DNA of 37,621 bases from an uncultured Desulfobacteraceae bacterium (GCA_964655655.1 CAZZPR010000020.1:1-37621); one strand, 5' to 3'; shown: positions 20,710 to 30,672, numbered from the stretch's first letter. Program-made: numbers and translations. Notes: a model not told the origin generated them from the sequence alone.

Positions 20710-21141
20710 ATGAACGACTGGAGTCCGAGAATCACTGCCTTTCTTTGCAACTGGTGCAGTTATGCGGCGGCTGATCTGGCCGGAATAAACCGGATGCAAT
20801 ACCCCCCTAATATCAGGGCCATCAGGGTACCGTGCTCCGCAAGGGTGGATCCGAAGTTCATTCTGCATGCCTTGAGGAACGGCTCAGACGGAGTATGGGT
20901 TTCCGGGTGACACCCCGGGGAATGTCATTACCTGGAAGGTAATTATTATGCCAGAAGAAAGTTTGCGCTCTTAAAAAATTTCCTGGAGCATTTAGGGATG
21001 GGGCCTCAAAGGCTTACCTTTTCCTGGATTTCATCCTCGGAGGCCGGAAAATTCGCTGAGGTAGCCACGGAGGTAGTCGAAAAAGTAAAGGAGGTTGGCC
21101 CGATAGAAAGACTTGTAAAGAAAAGGGCCGAGGTAGCCTGA
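20710..21141 (+). CDS. mvhD: MvhD-like [2Fe-2S] electron-transfer protein (methyl-viologen-reducing hydrogenase delta subunit family), predicted selenoprotein with TGA (Sec) at 20908-20910.
   Basis: The tracked ORF ends at the TGA (…DGVWVSG*). Reading through gives '[22 protein letters not shown]…', which matches the MvhD 'VSGCHPGDCHY' motif. The N-terminus has 'FLCNWCSY' and 'VPCSARVD'. A hairpin 'attacc-tggaa-ggtaat' lies 17 nt after the TGA. RBS 'agggaga' precedes the ATG at 20710. The stop overlaps the next start (TGATG). Confidence 0.75.
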
Positions 21142-22091
21142 TGAAGGAATACACGGAAAAGATAAGAGAGGCGGCAAAAAAAATCTTGGAGGAAAACAAG
21201 GTTGATGTGGTCATCGGCTTCAAAAAGGGATCCGCTCCCTTTATGGTGGAGCCGGTTTTAATAAGGGACAGTGAACAGTCCGATCAACTTTACTGGAGCA
21301 GTTTCTGCTTTATCAACCTCGCCAATTATCTGCCAAAAAGAGAAGATAAAGTAGGAATAATGGCAAAGGGCTGCGATTCCAGGAATATTGCCCTTCACAT
21401 AATAGAAAACCAGATAAACAGGGAACAGCTTTATATAATAGGCATACCTTGCAGGGGAATGGTGGACAGAAGAAAGATAGTGTCCTCTCTAAAAGGCAAA
21501 GAGGTTACAGAGGTTGAGGAATCGGAAAAAGAAATTGTGGCCAAAGGGGAAGGCTTTGAGCAAACCTTTAACCGGGAAGATTACTTGCAGGAGAATTGCA
21601 AAACCTGTATGCACCGAAACCCCGTAATATATGACGAGCTTGTGGGGGAGCCGGTCAAGGAAAGGGAAGAACCGGACCCCTATGAGGATGTGAAGGATAT
21701 AGAAGAAAAGGAATCGGAAGGTAAGTGGGAGTTTTTCTCGGATCTTATCAAGGATTGCATCCGTTGCTACGCCTGCCGAAATGCTTGCCCCTTATGCTAT
21801 TGCCCCGTTTGCTTTGTGGAGGAATCCGACCCTCAGTGGGTGGGCAAGAGTATTGACCCGGTTGATACCATGACCTTTCACATCCTCAGGGCCTATCACT
21901 GTGCCGGCAGATGTACGGACTGCGGGGCATGTGAACAATCCTGCCCCATGGAAATCCCGGTCAGGCAATTTACAAGAAAATTAAACAAGGACGCCCTCGA
22001 GCTGTTCAATCACGAGGCCGGGCTGAGCACAGAAGAAAGGCCTCCCCTGGATACCTACAGGCCCGACGACTATGATGAATTTATGAGATAA
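21141..22091 (+). CDS. Di-[4Fe-4S] cluster protein, possibly an FrhB/FdhB-like electron-transfer subunit.
   Basis: Two motifs, 'CIRCYACRNACP' and 'CTDCGACEQSCP'. The N-terminal roughly 200 aa lack recognisable Cys motifs. Confidence 0.55.
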   Translation: MKEYTEKIREAAKKILEENKVDVVIGFKKGSAPFMVEPVLIRDSEQSDQLYWSSFCFINLANYLPKREDKVGIMAKGCDSRNIALHIIENQINREQLYIIGIPCRGMVDRRKIVSSLKGKEVTEVEESEKEIVAKGEGFEQTFNREDYLQENCKTCMHRNPVIYDELVGEPVKEREEPDPYEDVKDIEEKESEGKWEFFSDLIKDCIRCYACRNACPLCYCPVCFVEESDPQWVGKSIDPVDTMTFHILRAYHCAGRCTDCGACEQSCPMEIPVRQFTRKLNKDALELFNHEAGLSTEERPPLDTYRPDDYDEFMR

Positions 22092-22102
22092 TAAGGTGAT
22101 TA

Positions 22103-23140
22103 ATGGAAGATAAGATAATAAAAAAGGCAGAATTATCCAATTTCCTTGATTCCTTGAAAAAGAACTACGAGGTATTTGTTCCGGTAAAGGAAAAGGGCTT
22201 TTACGAGTTCAGGCCTTTTGCAGATCAACATGGCCTGGATCAGGATTTTACCAACACCCGGCTTTCACCGAAATCATTCCTGTTTCCCCAGTCCGAGAGG
22301 ATGCTTGAATTTGATCTGGATGAGCAAAAAGACGACGCCTATATACCCAAGGAGGTCCCAAAGGAATACCCGCCTGCTGTAATAGTTGGCATCAGGCCTT
22401 GCGACGCCAGGGCATTAAGGCTGATAGATGTAAACTTCAATAATCCGGAGTTCAAGGACCCCTGGTGGTTGAGGCATCTCCAGTCAATGGTTTTCGTGGG
22501 TCTGGGCTGCAATCAACCGGAAAGTACCTGTTTTTGCACTTCCGTAGGCGGCGGACCATTTAATGAGGAAGGTCTGGACATACTCCTTTTTGACCTGGAG
22601 GGAGATTATCTGGCCAGGCCCCTTACGGAAAAAGGCGATAACCTTTTAAAAGAAGCCGGGGTAAAGACCAAGGCGGACAAGGGCGCAAAAAGTAAGGCCC
22701 AAGAACTCAAGAAAGAGGCGGAAAACCGGATTAAAAGCCACGTGCCCACTGAAAAACTGAAAGAAAAAAACATGCTTGAGCTTTTCGATGCACCCTTCTG
22801 GGACGACGTTGCTTTTGCCTGCATCAACTGCGGTACCTGCACGTTCCTTTGCCCAACCTGCTGGTGTTTCGATATTCAGGATGAGGTTCAAAAAGATACG
22901 GGTGACAGGATAAGAAACTGGGACAGCTGCATGTTTCCCCTTTTTACCCTTCACGCCTCGGGCCATAATCCGAGATCGGAGAAGGTGCAGAGGGTAAGGC
23001 AAAGATTCATGCACAAATTAAAATATTATGTAGACAGATACCAAAACGGGGTTGCCTGCGTTGGATGCGGCAGATGCATTAAACACTGCCCGGTGAATAT
23101 TGATATTCGAGAAGTGTTCAAACTCATGAACGATCTTTAG
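22103..23140 (+). CDS. AsrA / sulfhydrogenase-beta-like Fe-S subunit.
   Basis: 345 aa with 'CINCGTCTFLCPTCWCF' and 'CVGCGRCIKHCPVN'. Size and Cys spacing are typical of anaerobic sulfite reductase subunit A and Pyrococcus HydB. Confidence 0.6.
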   Translation: MEDKIIKKAELSNFLDSLKKNYEVFVPVKEKGFYEFRPFADQHGLDQDFTNTRLSPKSFLFPQSERMLEFDLDEQKDDAYIPKEVPKEYPPAVIVGIRPCDARALRLIDVNFNNPEFKDPWWLRHLQSMVFVGLGCNQPESTCFCTSVGGGPFNEEGLDILLFDLEGDYLARPLTEKGDNLLKEAGVKTKADKGAKSKAQELKKEAENRIKSHVPTEKLKEKNMLELFDAPFWDDVAFACINCGTCTFLCPTCWCFDIQDEVQKDTGDRIRNWDSCMFPLFTLHASGHNPRSEKVQRVRQRFMHKLKYYVDRYQNGVACVGCGRCIKHCPVNIDIREVFKLMNDL

Positions 23141-23178
23141 GCAATCAACCAATTTACTGCCATTTTCAGGAGGATCAA

Positions 23179-24024
23179 TTGAAAGAAAATCCGTATCTCC
23201 CTTATCCGGTGAGGATTCAAAAGATCTTCACAGAAACAGAGGATAAGAACCTTAAGACATTCAAGTTGACCTTTCTAAATAAAAAAGGCGAGAAAAATTT
23301 TTCTTATATCCCCGGCCAGTTTTGTGAGCTCTCCATAGCGGGAAAAGGCGAAATACCCATAGGAATAGCCTCCTCCCCTACGGAGAAGGGGTTTCTAATG
23401 TTTACCGTTAACAAGACCGGTGTAGTTACCACCTTTCTTCACAATATGAAGGAAGGGAACGTAATGGGTATCAGGGGCCCCCTGGGCAACTGGTATCCCT
23501 GGGAAGAGATGGAGGGCAAAAATGTTGTTATAATAGGGGGAGGGTTCGCATTTACCACTCTGAGATCCAGCATTATATACATGCTCCATCCGGAGAACAG
23601 GAAAAAATTCAAGGATATTACCGTGGTTTACGGTGCAAGGTCCCCCGGGCTCCTGCTTTACAGGGAAGAGCTCACCGAATGGGAAAAGAGGGATGACCTT
23701 GATATGCACATAACGGTGGATGCCACCGATGACCCCGACTGGCCCTATAACGTAGGCTTTGTTCCCGCCATAACTGAGAAAAAGGTTACCACGAGCGAGG
23801 ATACCTACGCCCTGGTATGCGGACCGCCCATCATGATTAAGTTTACACAACCGGTGCTGGAAAAGGCGGGATTTACTCCCGAACAGATAATCATGTCACT
23901 GGAGATGAGGATGAAATGCGGAATAGGTATATGCGGAAGATGCAACATCGGGGATAAATATGTATGCAAGGACGGCCCTGTCTTCTCCCTGGCCCAGCTA
24001 AACAACCTGCCCAAGGAATACTAA
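23179..24024 (+). CDS. AsrB / HydG / PyrK-like FAD- and NAD(P)H-binding oxidoreductase with a C-terminal [2Fe-2S].
   Basis: FNR-like fold (flavin-binding region around 'IRGPLG', NAD site '[10 protein letters not shown]') and C-terminal 'CGIGICGRC'. Confidence 0.7.
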   Translation: MKENPYLPYPVRIQKIFTETEDKNLKTFKLTFLNKKGEKNFSYIPGQFCELSIAGKGEIPIGIASSPTEKGFLMFTVNKTGVVTTFLHNMKEGNVMGIRGPLGNWYPWEEMEGKNVVIIGGGFAFTTLRSSIIYMLHPENRKKFKDITVVYGARSPGLLLYREELTEWEKRDDLDMHITVDATDDPDWPYNVGFVPAITEKKVTTSEDTYALVCGPPIMIKFTQPVLEKAGFTPEQIIMSLEMRMKCGIGICGRCNIGDKYVCKDGPVFSLAQLNNLPKEY

Positions 24025-24983
24025 ACCCCCAAATCCTTGAGTTCCTCTATCAGAGATCTCTGGGTCCTGGTCAATTTCTTAGGCACCGAGACATTCAACT
24101 TCACATAGGCATCCCCCCTGCCCTTTCCGGCGATCCTCGGCATGCCCTGACCTTTCAACCTTAGCATCGAGCCGCTCTGGAATCCGGGAGGCACTTTCAA
24201 GCTAAGTCTTTTACCGTCAATGGTGGGTACCTCTATGTTTGTGCCCAGGGCCGCCTCTGAAAATTTTACCTGCCTGGCCAGGTAAAGGTCCTCGCCTTTC
24301 CTTTGAAACACAGGGTGTTCCAGCACCTTTATTTTTATATAAAGATCCCCCGGAGGGCCCCCCCTATATCCCGGCCTTCCCTTACCAGCCAGACGCAACT
24401 TTTTCCCGCTTTCTATTCCAGGCGGTATCTTGACCCTGACCTGCTGGGAAATACCATCTGGATTATAAAAGATAGTCTTTTCCGTTACCTTGACTATATC
24501 CTCAAGGTTCACAGGCAGTTCATAAACCAGATCCTGACCCTTGACAACTCCCTCTTCACCTGCACCTTCACCGAAAATAGAATCAAAAGGGTCAATTCTG
24601 GTCCTGTACCTGGGGCCCCTTCCAGCCCCGGAAAAAATCTGGCTGAATATACCGCCCCCGCTTCCCTTCCTGAATCCACCGAGGTTACCGAACCCGAATT
24701 CTTTGAAAATATCGCTGAAGTCAAATCCTTTAAATATGTCTTCCTGGCTGTATTTTTGTTTGAATCCCTCGGAGCCAAACATATCGTACTGTTTCTTTTT
24801 TTCCGGGTCGCTCAGAACGGCATATGCCTCGCTTATATCCTTGAACCTGTTTTCGGCCTGCTTATTCCCCTTATTTCTGTCCGGATGGTATTGCATGGCC
24901 AGTTTCCTGTACGCCTTCTTGATCTCCTCGGGACTGGCAGACCTGTTTACACCCAATACTTTGTAATAATCCTTGCCCGTCAT
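24021..24983 (-). CDS. DnaJ-domain co-chaperone, CbpA-like (no zinc-finger region).
   Basis: J domain 'DYYKVLGV…HPDRN', a Gly/Phe-rich linker and C-terminal substrate-binding domains. No CxxCxGxG repeats. Confidence 0.8.
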   Translation of the reverse strand: MTGKDYYKVLGVNRSASPEEIKKAYRKLAMQYHPDRNKGNKQAENRFKDISEAYAVLSDPEKKKQYDMFGSEGFKQKYSQEDIFKGFDFSDIFKEFGFGNLGGFRKGSGGGIFSQIFSGAGRGPRYRTRIDPFDSIFGEGAGEEGVVKGQDLVYELPVNLEDIVKVTEKTIFYNPDGISQQVRVKIPPGIESGKKLRLAGKGRPGYRGGPPGDLYIKIKVLEHPVFQRKGEDLYLARQVKFSEAALGTNIEVPTIDGKRLSLKVPPGFQSGSMLRLKGQGMPRIAGKGRGDAYVKLNVSVPKKLTRTQRSLIEELKDLGV

Positions 24984-25069
24984 TTTTCTGGTTTTATTTG
25001 TTTGAAATCCTAAGGATTAATTATCCATAGAATATTATTCTTGAAATATAAGCAGGACAGGCGCCAAAG

Positions 25070-25459
25070 TCAAGAAGCCCTGCTTCCCCTTTCTGCAGTT
25101 GTCCTGGCAAATATGCCCCCCCTGGCGGACCAGCGTATTTCCACCTTCAGCCATTCAGGTTTACAGGCCCTGAAAAGTTTCTCCGCTATCTCCCCGGTTA
25201 TATATTCCTGCCAGTTCCTCTTGTTTCTCCACATCATCAAGTAATCCCTTACGGATTTGCTTTCAAGGATATTTTTGTCGGGAATATACGTTATTACCAC
25301 AACACCCTGGTCGTGTCTTTCTGAAACCGGGCAAAGGGATTGGAATTCCGGATACTCCCATTCAATAACCGGTTTGTGGCCCATTGCAGGGAATATTGTT
25401 ATTTTAACATCTTCAGGCGTCTCTACCTGCACCTCCGACGATCTCGAATAATCAGTCAT
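25070..25459 (-). CDS. queF: NADPH-dependent 7-cyano-7-deazaguanine reductase (unimodular type).
   Basis: 129 aa with the QueF motif 'EYPEFQSLCPVS'. Confidence 0.8.
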   Translation of the reverse strand: MTDYSRSSEVQVETPEDVKITIFPAMGHKPVIEWEYPEFQSLCPVSERHDQGVVVITYIPDKNILESKSVRDYLMMWRNKRNWQEYITGEIAEKLFRACKPEWLKVEIRWSARGGIFARTTAERGSRAS

Positions 25460-25710
25460 TATACCTCTCCCTTATGGTTTTAATACCGTGTCATTTTAAG
25501 CAACACTTTACCTGTTTTTCATTTAGCCCCTGGGCAGAAAATTTTTAACAAGGATTGAAAAATTATTGCTAATCCATATATGACGCCCAAATTCAGGGGT
25601 TTCAATCAGACTAACCTTTTTTGGAGCGGATACTCAAATTATAATTTTAATTGAGGGAGATAAGATGTTATAAAGGGTCCAGATTTCAGGCTTTAGCAGG
25701 AGGGATTAGA

Positions 25711-26253
25711 TTGATAAACTCCAGGAAAACATCGGTTGCTTTAGGAATAACGTTTTTTATATTACTTTTTTTAAGTCTTATAAGCCTCCACGCAGGTGAG
25801 AAGGGGAAAGATCGGCTCCTTATCAAAATGGATAAATCCACCATACAGCCCGATGACGGGGACAGCTTTTTTTACAAAGATCTTGCCATTAGGGTCCTGG
25901 GAATAGATGCCCCGGAAATCGTACATGAGGAGCATGGCATATTCAAAGACCAAGCCTGCGGCAAAAAAGCGGCCGCTTTTACAAGGAAGACACTGACAGG
26001 GGCAAAAGTCCTGGAATACATGCCCTTTAAAAGGGATAAATATGACCGGCTCCTGGCTCACGTATTTGTGGACGGAGAACTGCTCTCCGTCCGACTTATC
26101 AGGGCAGGACTGGCATATGAAACGGTTTCCTACTATGGCGATAACGGATTTCCGGTGCTGGCCGAAAAGATAATCGAGGCTGCACGGGAAACCCCAAGAC
26201 CATCCTTTGAGCAGCCTTATATCTGGCGCCGAAGGCATCAGAGAAAAAAATGA
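25711..26253 (+). CDS. Secreted thermonuclease (SNase/micrococcal nuclease family).
   Basis: 'DGDSF…VRVLGIDAPE' Ca-binding/catalytic motif. Start re-called at TTG 25711 because RBS 'aggagg' lies 7 nt upstream. This gives the signal peptide 'MINSRKTSVALGITFFILLFLSLISLHA'. Confidence 0.7.
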   Translation: MINSRKTSVALGITFFILLFLSLISLHAGEKGKDRLLIKMDKSTIQPDDGDSFFYKDLAIRVLGIDAPEIVHEEHGIFKDQACGKKAAAFTRKTLTGAKVLEYMPFKRDKYDRLLAHVFVDGELLSVRLIRAGLAYETVSYYGDNGFPVLAEKIIEAARETPRPSFEQPYIWRRRHQRKK

Positions 26254-28910
26254 AAACCGAGACAAACACCCTGGAGGTAATAACTACCCATATAAATGCA
26301 GACTTTGATGCGGTGGCCTCCATGCTGGCAGCCAAAAAGCTTTATCCCGATGCCCTGATGGTTTTTCCAGGGGCCCAGGAAAAGAATTTGAGAAATTTCT
26401 TTTTGCAGTCCACCTCATATATATTTGATTTCGTCAGAATCAAAGATGTGGACTTAAAAAAAATCAAAAGGCTCATACTGGTCGATACCCGGCAAAAGAG
26501 GAGAATCGGTAAATTCAAGGAGATTATAGAAAGGGATGACCTGGAGATACATATATATGATCACCATCCGCCCTCAGACGATGATATACGGGGTGACTTC
26601 GAGATGGTAAAGGAACTTGGTGCCGGAACTTCCATACTAACGGATATAATAAGGCACAGGGGTATCCAAATCAATCCGGAGGAAGCAACCCTCATGTCCC
26701 TGGGGATATACGAGGATACGGGCTCCTTTACCTTCGCCTCCACAAAGGCGGAAGACCATGAGGCCGCCGCATGGCTTTTACAACAGGGCGCCTCAATTAA
26801 TACAATCTCAGATATGCTCACGAGGGACCTTACCGCCGAACAAATATGGCTTTTGAACGATCTCATGGATTCCGCCACCAAAAAAAACATAAACGGTGTG
26901 GAGGTGGTAATCGCCAAGGCCAGAGCCAGTAAATACATAGGTGATTTTGCCGTACTGGTGCAAAAATTCATGGAAATGGAGAATTTGAATGTAATATTTG
27001 CCCTTGCCCAGATGGAAAACAGGGTTTATCTGGTAGCAAGAAGCAGGCTCCCGGAGGTGAATGTGGCGGATATAGCCTTTGAATTCGGCGGAGGAGGCCA
27101 CCCCCAGGCCGCCTCCGCAACCATAACCGACAAGACCCTTATCCAGGTGGAGGAATACCTCAATGCACTGCTGCTGAGCAGGGTTAATTTCGAGCGGCTG
27201 GCCAAGGATATCATGACCTCTCCGGTTATACAAATAAAGCCCGGGGCTACCATAAAAGAGGCCAGCGAAACCTTAACCAGATATAACATAAATGCCCTGA
27301 TGGTTATAGACGAGCAGGATGTACTCAAGGGGCACATATCCAGGCAGGTGGCAGACAGGGCTATTTTCCTGGGACTGGAGACCAGGCCGGTAAGAGAATA
27401 TACGAATGTAGAATATTTTTCTGCACGCCCTGATACCAGTTTGAAAGAGATACAGGACCTGATCATAAACAACAAGATAAGGATACTTCCCGTGCTTCAA
27501 AATGGGCGGACAAAAGGGGTTATTACCAGGACAGATTTGCTGAATGTGCTGGTTGAAAGATCCTCTGCCCCAGAATTCCTGTATGATTCAGACGAATCAC
27601 CCAGGTTCGTTCGAAAGAAGAATATAAAAAACCTGCTTATAGAAAGGCTGCCCGAAAGGATAATAACCTTGTTGAACAGCCTGGGGGAAACAGCGGATCA
27701 CCTGAACTGGAATGCATATCTGGTCGGAGGGTTGGTAAGGGACGTTATCCTGAAAAGGGAAAACCTCGATGTAGACATAGTAATAGAAGGCAACGGTATA
27801 GAATTCGCCGGATCATTTGCCGACAAGTACGGAGCAGAAACAAAGACCTATCCCAAATTCGGGACGGCAATGGTTATTATGCACGACGGTTTCAAGGTAG
27901 ACATTGCCACTGCCAGGACTGAGCATTACGAGTCACCGGCTGCACCCCCGGTGGTGGAGCTGAGCTCTTTAAAGCTGGACATGTTCAGAAGGGACTTTAC
28001 AATAAATACGTTGGCGGTTCATCTTAATAAGAAGCACTTTGGAATCCTGATAGATCATTTCGGAGCCTTTAAGGACATCAAGGAAAAGGTCCTCAGGGTA
28101 ATCCACAGCCTGAGCCTGGTGGAAGATCCAACAAGGATCCTGAGGGCCATAAGGTTTGAGCAGAGGTTCGGGTTCAGGATAGGCAAGCTCACCCAAAGAC
28201 TGATCCAAAATGCATTAAACATCAATTGCTTTGAAAACCTTTCCGGCCAAAGGTTCTTTACGGAGCTTAAGCTCATCCTCAAGGAGCAGGAACCACTGGG
28301 TGCAATAGAAAAATTGAATGAATACGGAATATTGAAATTTATTTCCCCGGAGATGAGGCTTACAGAGGATGTCAGGGCTACCCTTAAAAATATAAAGGGG
28401 GTCCTGGCATGGTTTGATCTTCTTTATTTGGGCATTCCTTATGAACCGTGGAAGGTTTATTTTCTCGGTTTAACCTCGTCCTTAAATAAGGAGTCTCTGG
28501 GCGATTTGATGGAAAGGATGCAGGTTCAGGATAAAGAAATCATAAGATTGTCTTGGGAGCGAAACCGGGCGAAAAAGGCCCTGGGTAACCTCTCACGTAT
28601 GAAGGGCAAAAAGAACTATCCACTGCACACAATACTTACAGCTCTATCCACCGAGGTGTTGCTTTACACCGTGGCCAGGACCAAGAGCGAAAAGATAAAA
28701 AGAAACATATCCATATTTTTTACCAAGCTCAGGGGAACAGAGATATTTTTGAGAGGCAAGGATCTCGTAAAATTGGGTTTTAAGCCCGGCCCCCTTTTTA
28801 AGAAAATCCTGGACGCCACCTTAAAGGCCAAGCTGGAAGGCGATGTCAAAACAAAAGAAGAAGAGATAGAATTCATAAAGAAAAAATTCAGCGGTTCCCA
28901 CGGGGATTAG
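26250..28910 (+). CDS. Multidomain protein: DHH/DHHA1 phosphoesterase + tandem CBS + tRNA nucleotidyltransferase/poly(A) polymerase (CCA-adding) domains.
   Basis: The N-terminus 'ITTHINADFDAVAS…DHH' carries the DHH motif. CBS pair around 'IMTSPVIQI…LMVIDE' and 'ILPVLQNGRTKGVITRTDL'. Pol-beta NTase head 'LVGGLVRDVILKRENLDVDIVIEG…RRDFTIN'. Confidence 0.75.
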   Translation: MKTETNTLEVITTHINADFDAVASMLAAKKLYPDALMVFPGAQEKNLRNFFLQSTSYIFDFVRIKDVDLKKIKRLILVDTRQKRRIGKFKEIIERDDLEIHIYDHHPPSDDDIRGDFEMVKELGAGTSILTDIIRHRGIQINPEEATLMSLGIYEDTGSFTFASTKAEDHEAAAWLLQQGASINTISDMLTRDLTAEQIWLLNDLMDSATKKNINGVEVVIAKARASKYIGDFAVLVQKFMEMENLNVIFALAQMENRVYLVARSRLPEVNVADIAFEFGGGGHPQAASATITDKTLIQVEEYLNALLLSRVNFERLAKDIMTSPVIQIKPGATIKEASETLTRYNINALMVIDEQDVLKGHISRQVADRAIFLGLETRPVREYTNVEYFSARPDTSLKEIQDLIINNKIRILPVLQNGRTKGVITRTDLLNVLVERSSAPEFLYDSDESPRFVRKKNIKNLLIERLPERIITLLNSLGETADHLNWNAYLVGGLVRDVILKRENLDVDIVIEGNGIEFAGSFADKYGAETKTYPKFGTAMVIMHDGFKVDIATARTEHYESPAAPPVVELSSLKLDMFRRDFTINTLAVHLNKKHFGILIDHFGAFKDIKEKVLRVIHSLSLVEDPTRILRAIRFEQRFGFRIGKLTQRLIQNALNINCFENLSGQRFFTELKLILKEQEPLGAIEKLNEYGILKFISPEMRLTEDVRATLKNIKGVLAWFDLLYLGIPYEPWKVYFLGLTSSLNKESLGDLMERMQVQDKEIIRLSWERNRAKKALGNLSRMKGKKNYPLHTILTALSTEVLLYTVARTKSEKIKRNISIFFTKLRGTEIFLRGKDLVKLGFKPGPLFKKILDATLKAKLEGDVKTKEEEIEFIKKKFSGSHGD

Positions 28911-28928
28911 GAAAACGGAGGTTTTTAG

Positions 28929-29912
28929 ATGGAAAAAAAGAGGATTGTAAGCGGCATGAGGCCCACAGGCAGGATTCATCTGGGGCACGTACACGGGGCG
29001 CTTGAAAACTGGCGGTCACTCCAGGATGAATACCTTTGTTTTTTCTTTATTGCAGACTGGCACGCCTTGACCAGCGAATACCAGCACCCGGAGATAATCA
29101 AGGAAACCACGAATGATTTGATTATCGACTGGATAGCAGTGGGCCTTGATCCGGAAAAATGTGTTTTTTTCGTTCAGTCATGCATCAAGGAGCATGCAGA
29201 GCTGCAATTGCTGTTCTCCATGATAACCCCTTTGTCCTGGCTGGAGAGAAACCCGACCTACAAAGAGCAGCTCAAGGAAATGTCCCAGAGGGATCTCTAT
29301 ACTTACGGCTTCCTTGGATACCCGGTCCTCCAGGCAGCGGATATTCTGATGTACAAGGCCAACGGCGTGCCGGTGGGAGAAGATCAAAGCCCCCATGTCG
29401 AACTTACCAGGGAAATAGCCCGAAGATTCAACTTTTTCTATTCGGAAATATTTCCGTTGCCGGAGGTACTTCTTGCACCCCAGGCCAAGATACTGGGCAC
29501 GGACAGGAGGAAGATGAGCAAAAGTTATGACAACGCCCTGTTTATTTCGGATTCGGAAGACGCTTTAAACAAAAAGGTTTCCGGCATGATTACCGATCCC
29601 CAGAGGGCGAGAAAAAACGATCCGGGCAGGCCGGAGTTCTGCAACATTTTCACTTTTCACCAATTATACACGGATGAGGAAAAGGTTAAACAGATCGAGG
29701 GGGACTGCCGCAAGGCCTCCATAGGGTGCGTGGAATGCAAGCGGATAATGGCGAAGAACCTTTGCAGGGCCCTGGAGCCCGCAAGGGAGAAAAGGAAAGA
29801 GCTAAAGGCGAACCCGGATGTTGTGGATAATATACTGGATGAGGGGAACAAAAAAGCCGGGAATATCGCAAAAAAAACCATGGAAGAGGTAAGAGAAGCT
29901 CTCGGGATTTAG
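28929..29912 (+). CDS. trpS: Tryptophanyl-tRNA synthetase.
   Basis: HIGH-type 'TGRIHLGHVHG' and 'KMSKS' motifs. 327 aa. Confidence 0.9.
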   Translation: MEKKRIVSGMRPTGRIHLGHVHGALENWRSLQDEYLCFFFIADWHALTSEYQHPEIIKETTNDLIIDWIAVGLDPEKCVFFVQSCIKEHAELQLLFSMITPLSWLERNPTYKEQLKEMSQRDLYTYGFLGYPVLQAADILMYKANGVPVGEDQSPHVELTREIARRFNFFYSEIFPLPEVLLAPQAKILGTDRRKMSKSYDNALFISDSEDALNKKVSGMITDPQRARKNDPGRPEFCNIFTFHQLYTDEEKVKQIEGDCRKASIGCVECKRIMAKNLCRALEPAREKRKELKANPDVVDNILDEGNKKAGNIAKKTMEEVREALGI

Positions 29913-29914
29913 GC

Positions 29915-30616
29915 ATGGGATTTAAGGCAAGACTGGAGGCATTTGAGGGCCCCCTTGATCTGCTTCTGCATCTAATAAAGATAAACCAAGTAGATATCTC
30001 GGATATTCCTGTTTCAATTATTACAAGCCAATACCTGGAATATCTGGACCTGATGAGGGCACTGGACATAAATGTGGAAGGCGATTTTTTGGTTATCGCC
30101 TCCACGCTCTTGCATATAAAATCCAAAATGCTTCTTCCGCAGAAGGATGACTCGGATGAGATAGAAGACCCCAGGGAGGAAATAGCACAACCCCTCAAGG
30201 AGTATCTTCAGCTCAAACAGGCGGCGAATGAACTGGAATCGCGGGACCTGCTATACAGGGACGTGTTCAAAAGGGGTGTGGAATATGAGGATATGGAAGC
30301 GGAAGATGACAGCCCCATGGTTAATGTAAACCTTTATGAATTGATGGATGCCTTTAAAAATGTTATCAAAAGCACTCATCCGGGCGAGGCCCTAAGATTC
30401 AAGGCAGAGAAATGGACGGTAAAAATGAAAATCGATGAAATTAAGAAGGTTTTGAAAAAAAAGGGAGAAATGAACTTCACAGACCTCTTTCCCAGAAGGC
30501 ATACCCTGTCGGAGATGATCGCCACCTTTCTGGCCTTGCTCGAACTAATAAAGGAAGGATTAGTAAACGCCTTTCAGGCCGAAGGAGGAGGTGACATAAG
30601 GCTTACGGCCGTTTAA
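29915..30616 (+). CDS. scpA: Segregation and condensation protein A (kleisin).
   Basis: 'FEGPLDLLLHLIKINQVDISDIPVSIIT' ScpA N-terminus. 233 aa. Confidence 0.85.
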   Translation: MGFKARLEAFEGPLDLLLHLIKINQVDISDIPVSIITSQYLEYLDLMRALDINVEGDFLVIASTLLHIKSKMLLPQKDDSDEIEDPREEIAQPLKEYLQLKQAANELESRDLLYRDVFKRGVEYEDMEAEDDSPMVNVNLYELMDAFKNVIKSTHPGEALRFKAEKWTVKMKIDEIKKVLKKKGEMNFTDLFPRRHTLSEMIATFLALLELIKEGLVNAFQAEGGGDIRLTAV

Positions 30617-30672
30617 TAAATCCCGGCTGAAGGGAAAAAAGAAGGCAAAGACAATTAATATATGAGGTCAAT

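Noticed and set aside
20904-20918. Alternative hairpin 'ccggg-UGACA-cccgg' placing the mvhD UGA in its loop.
   Set aside because: It would not resemble known bacterial SECIS geometry. The downstream 'attacc-uggaa-ggtaat' stem is the better candidate. Both are noted because neither can be verified without a folding or SECIS tool.
24303-25013. 236-aa and 141-aa plus-strand ORFs antisense to the dnaJ-like gene.
   Set aside because: They lie entirely within a well-supported minus-strand J-protein gene and have no motifs. Typical antisense shadow ORFs.
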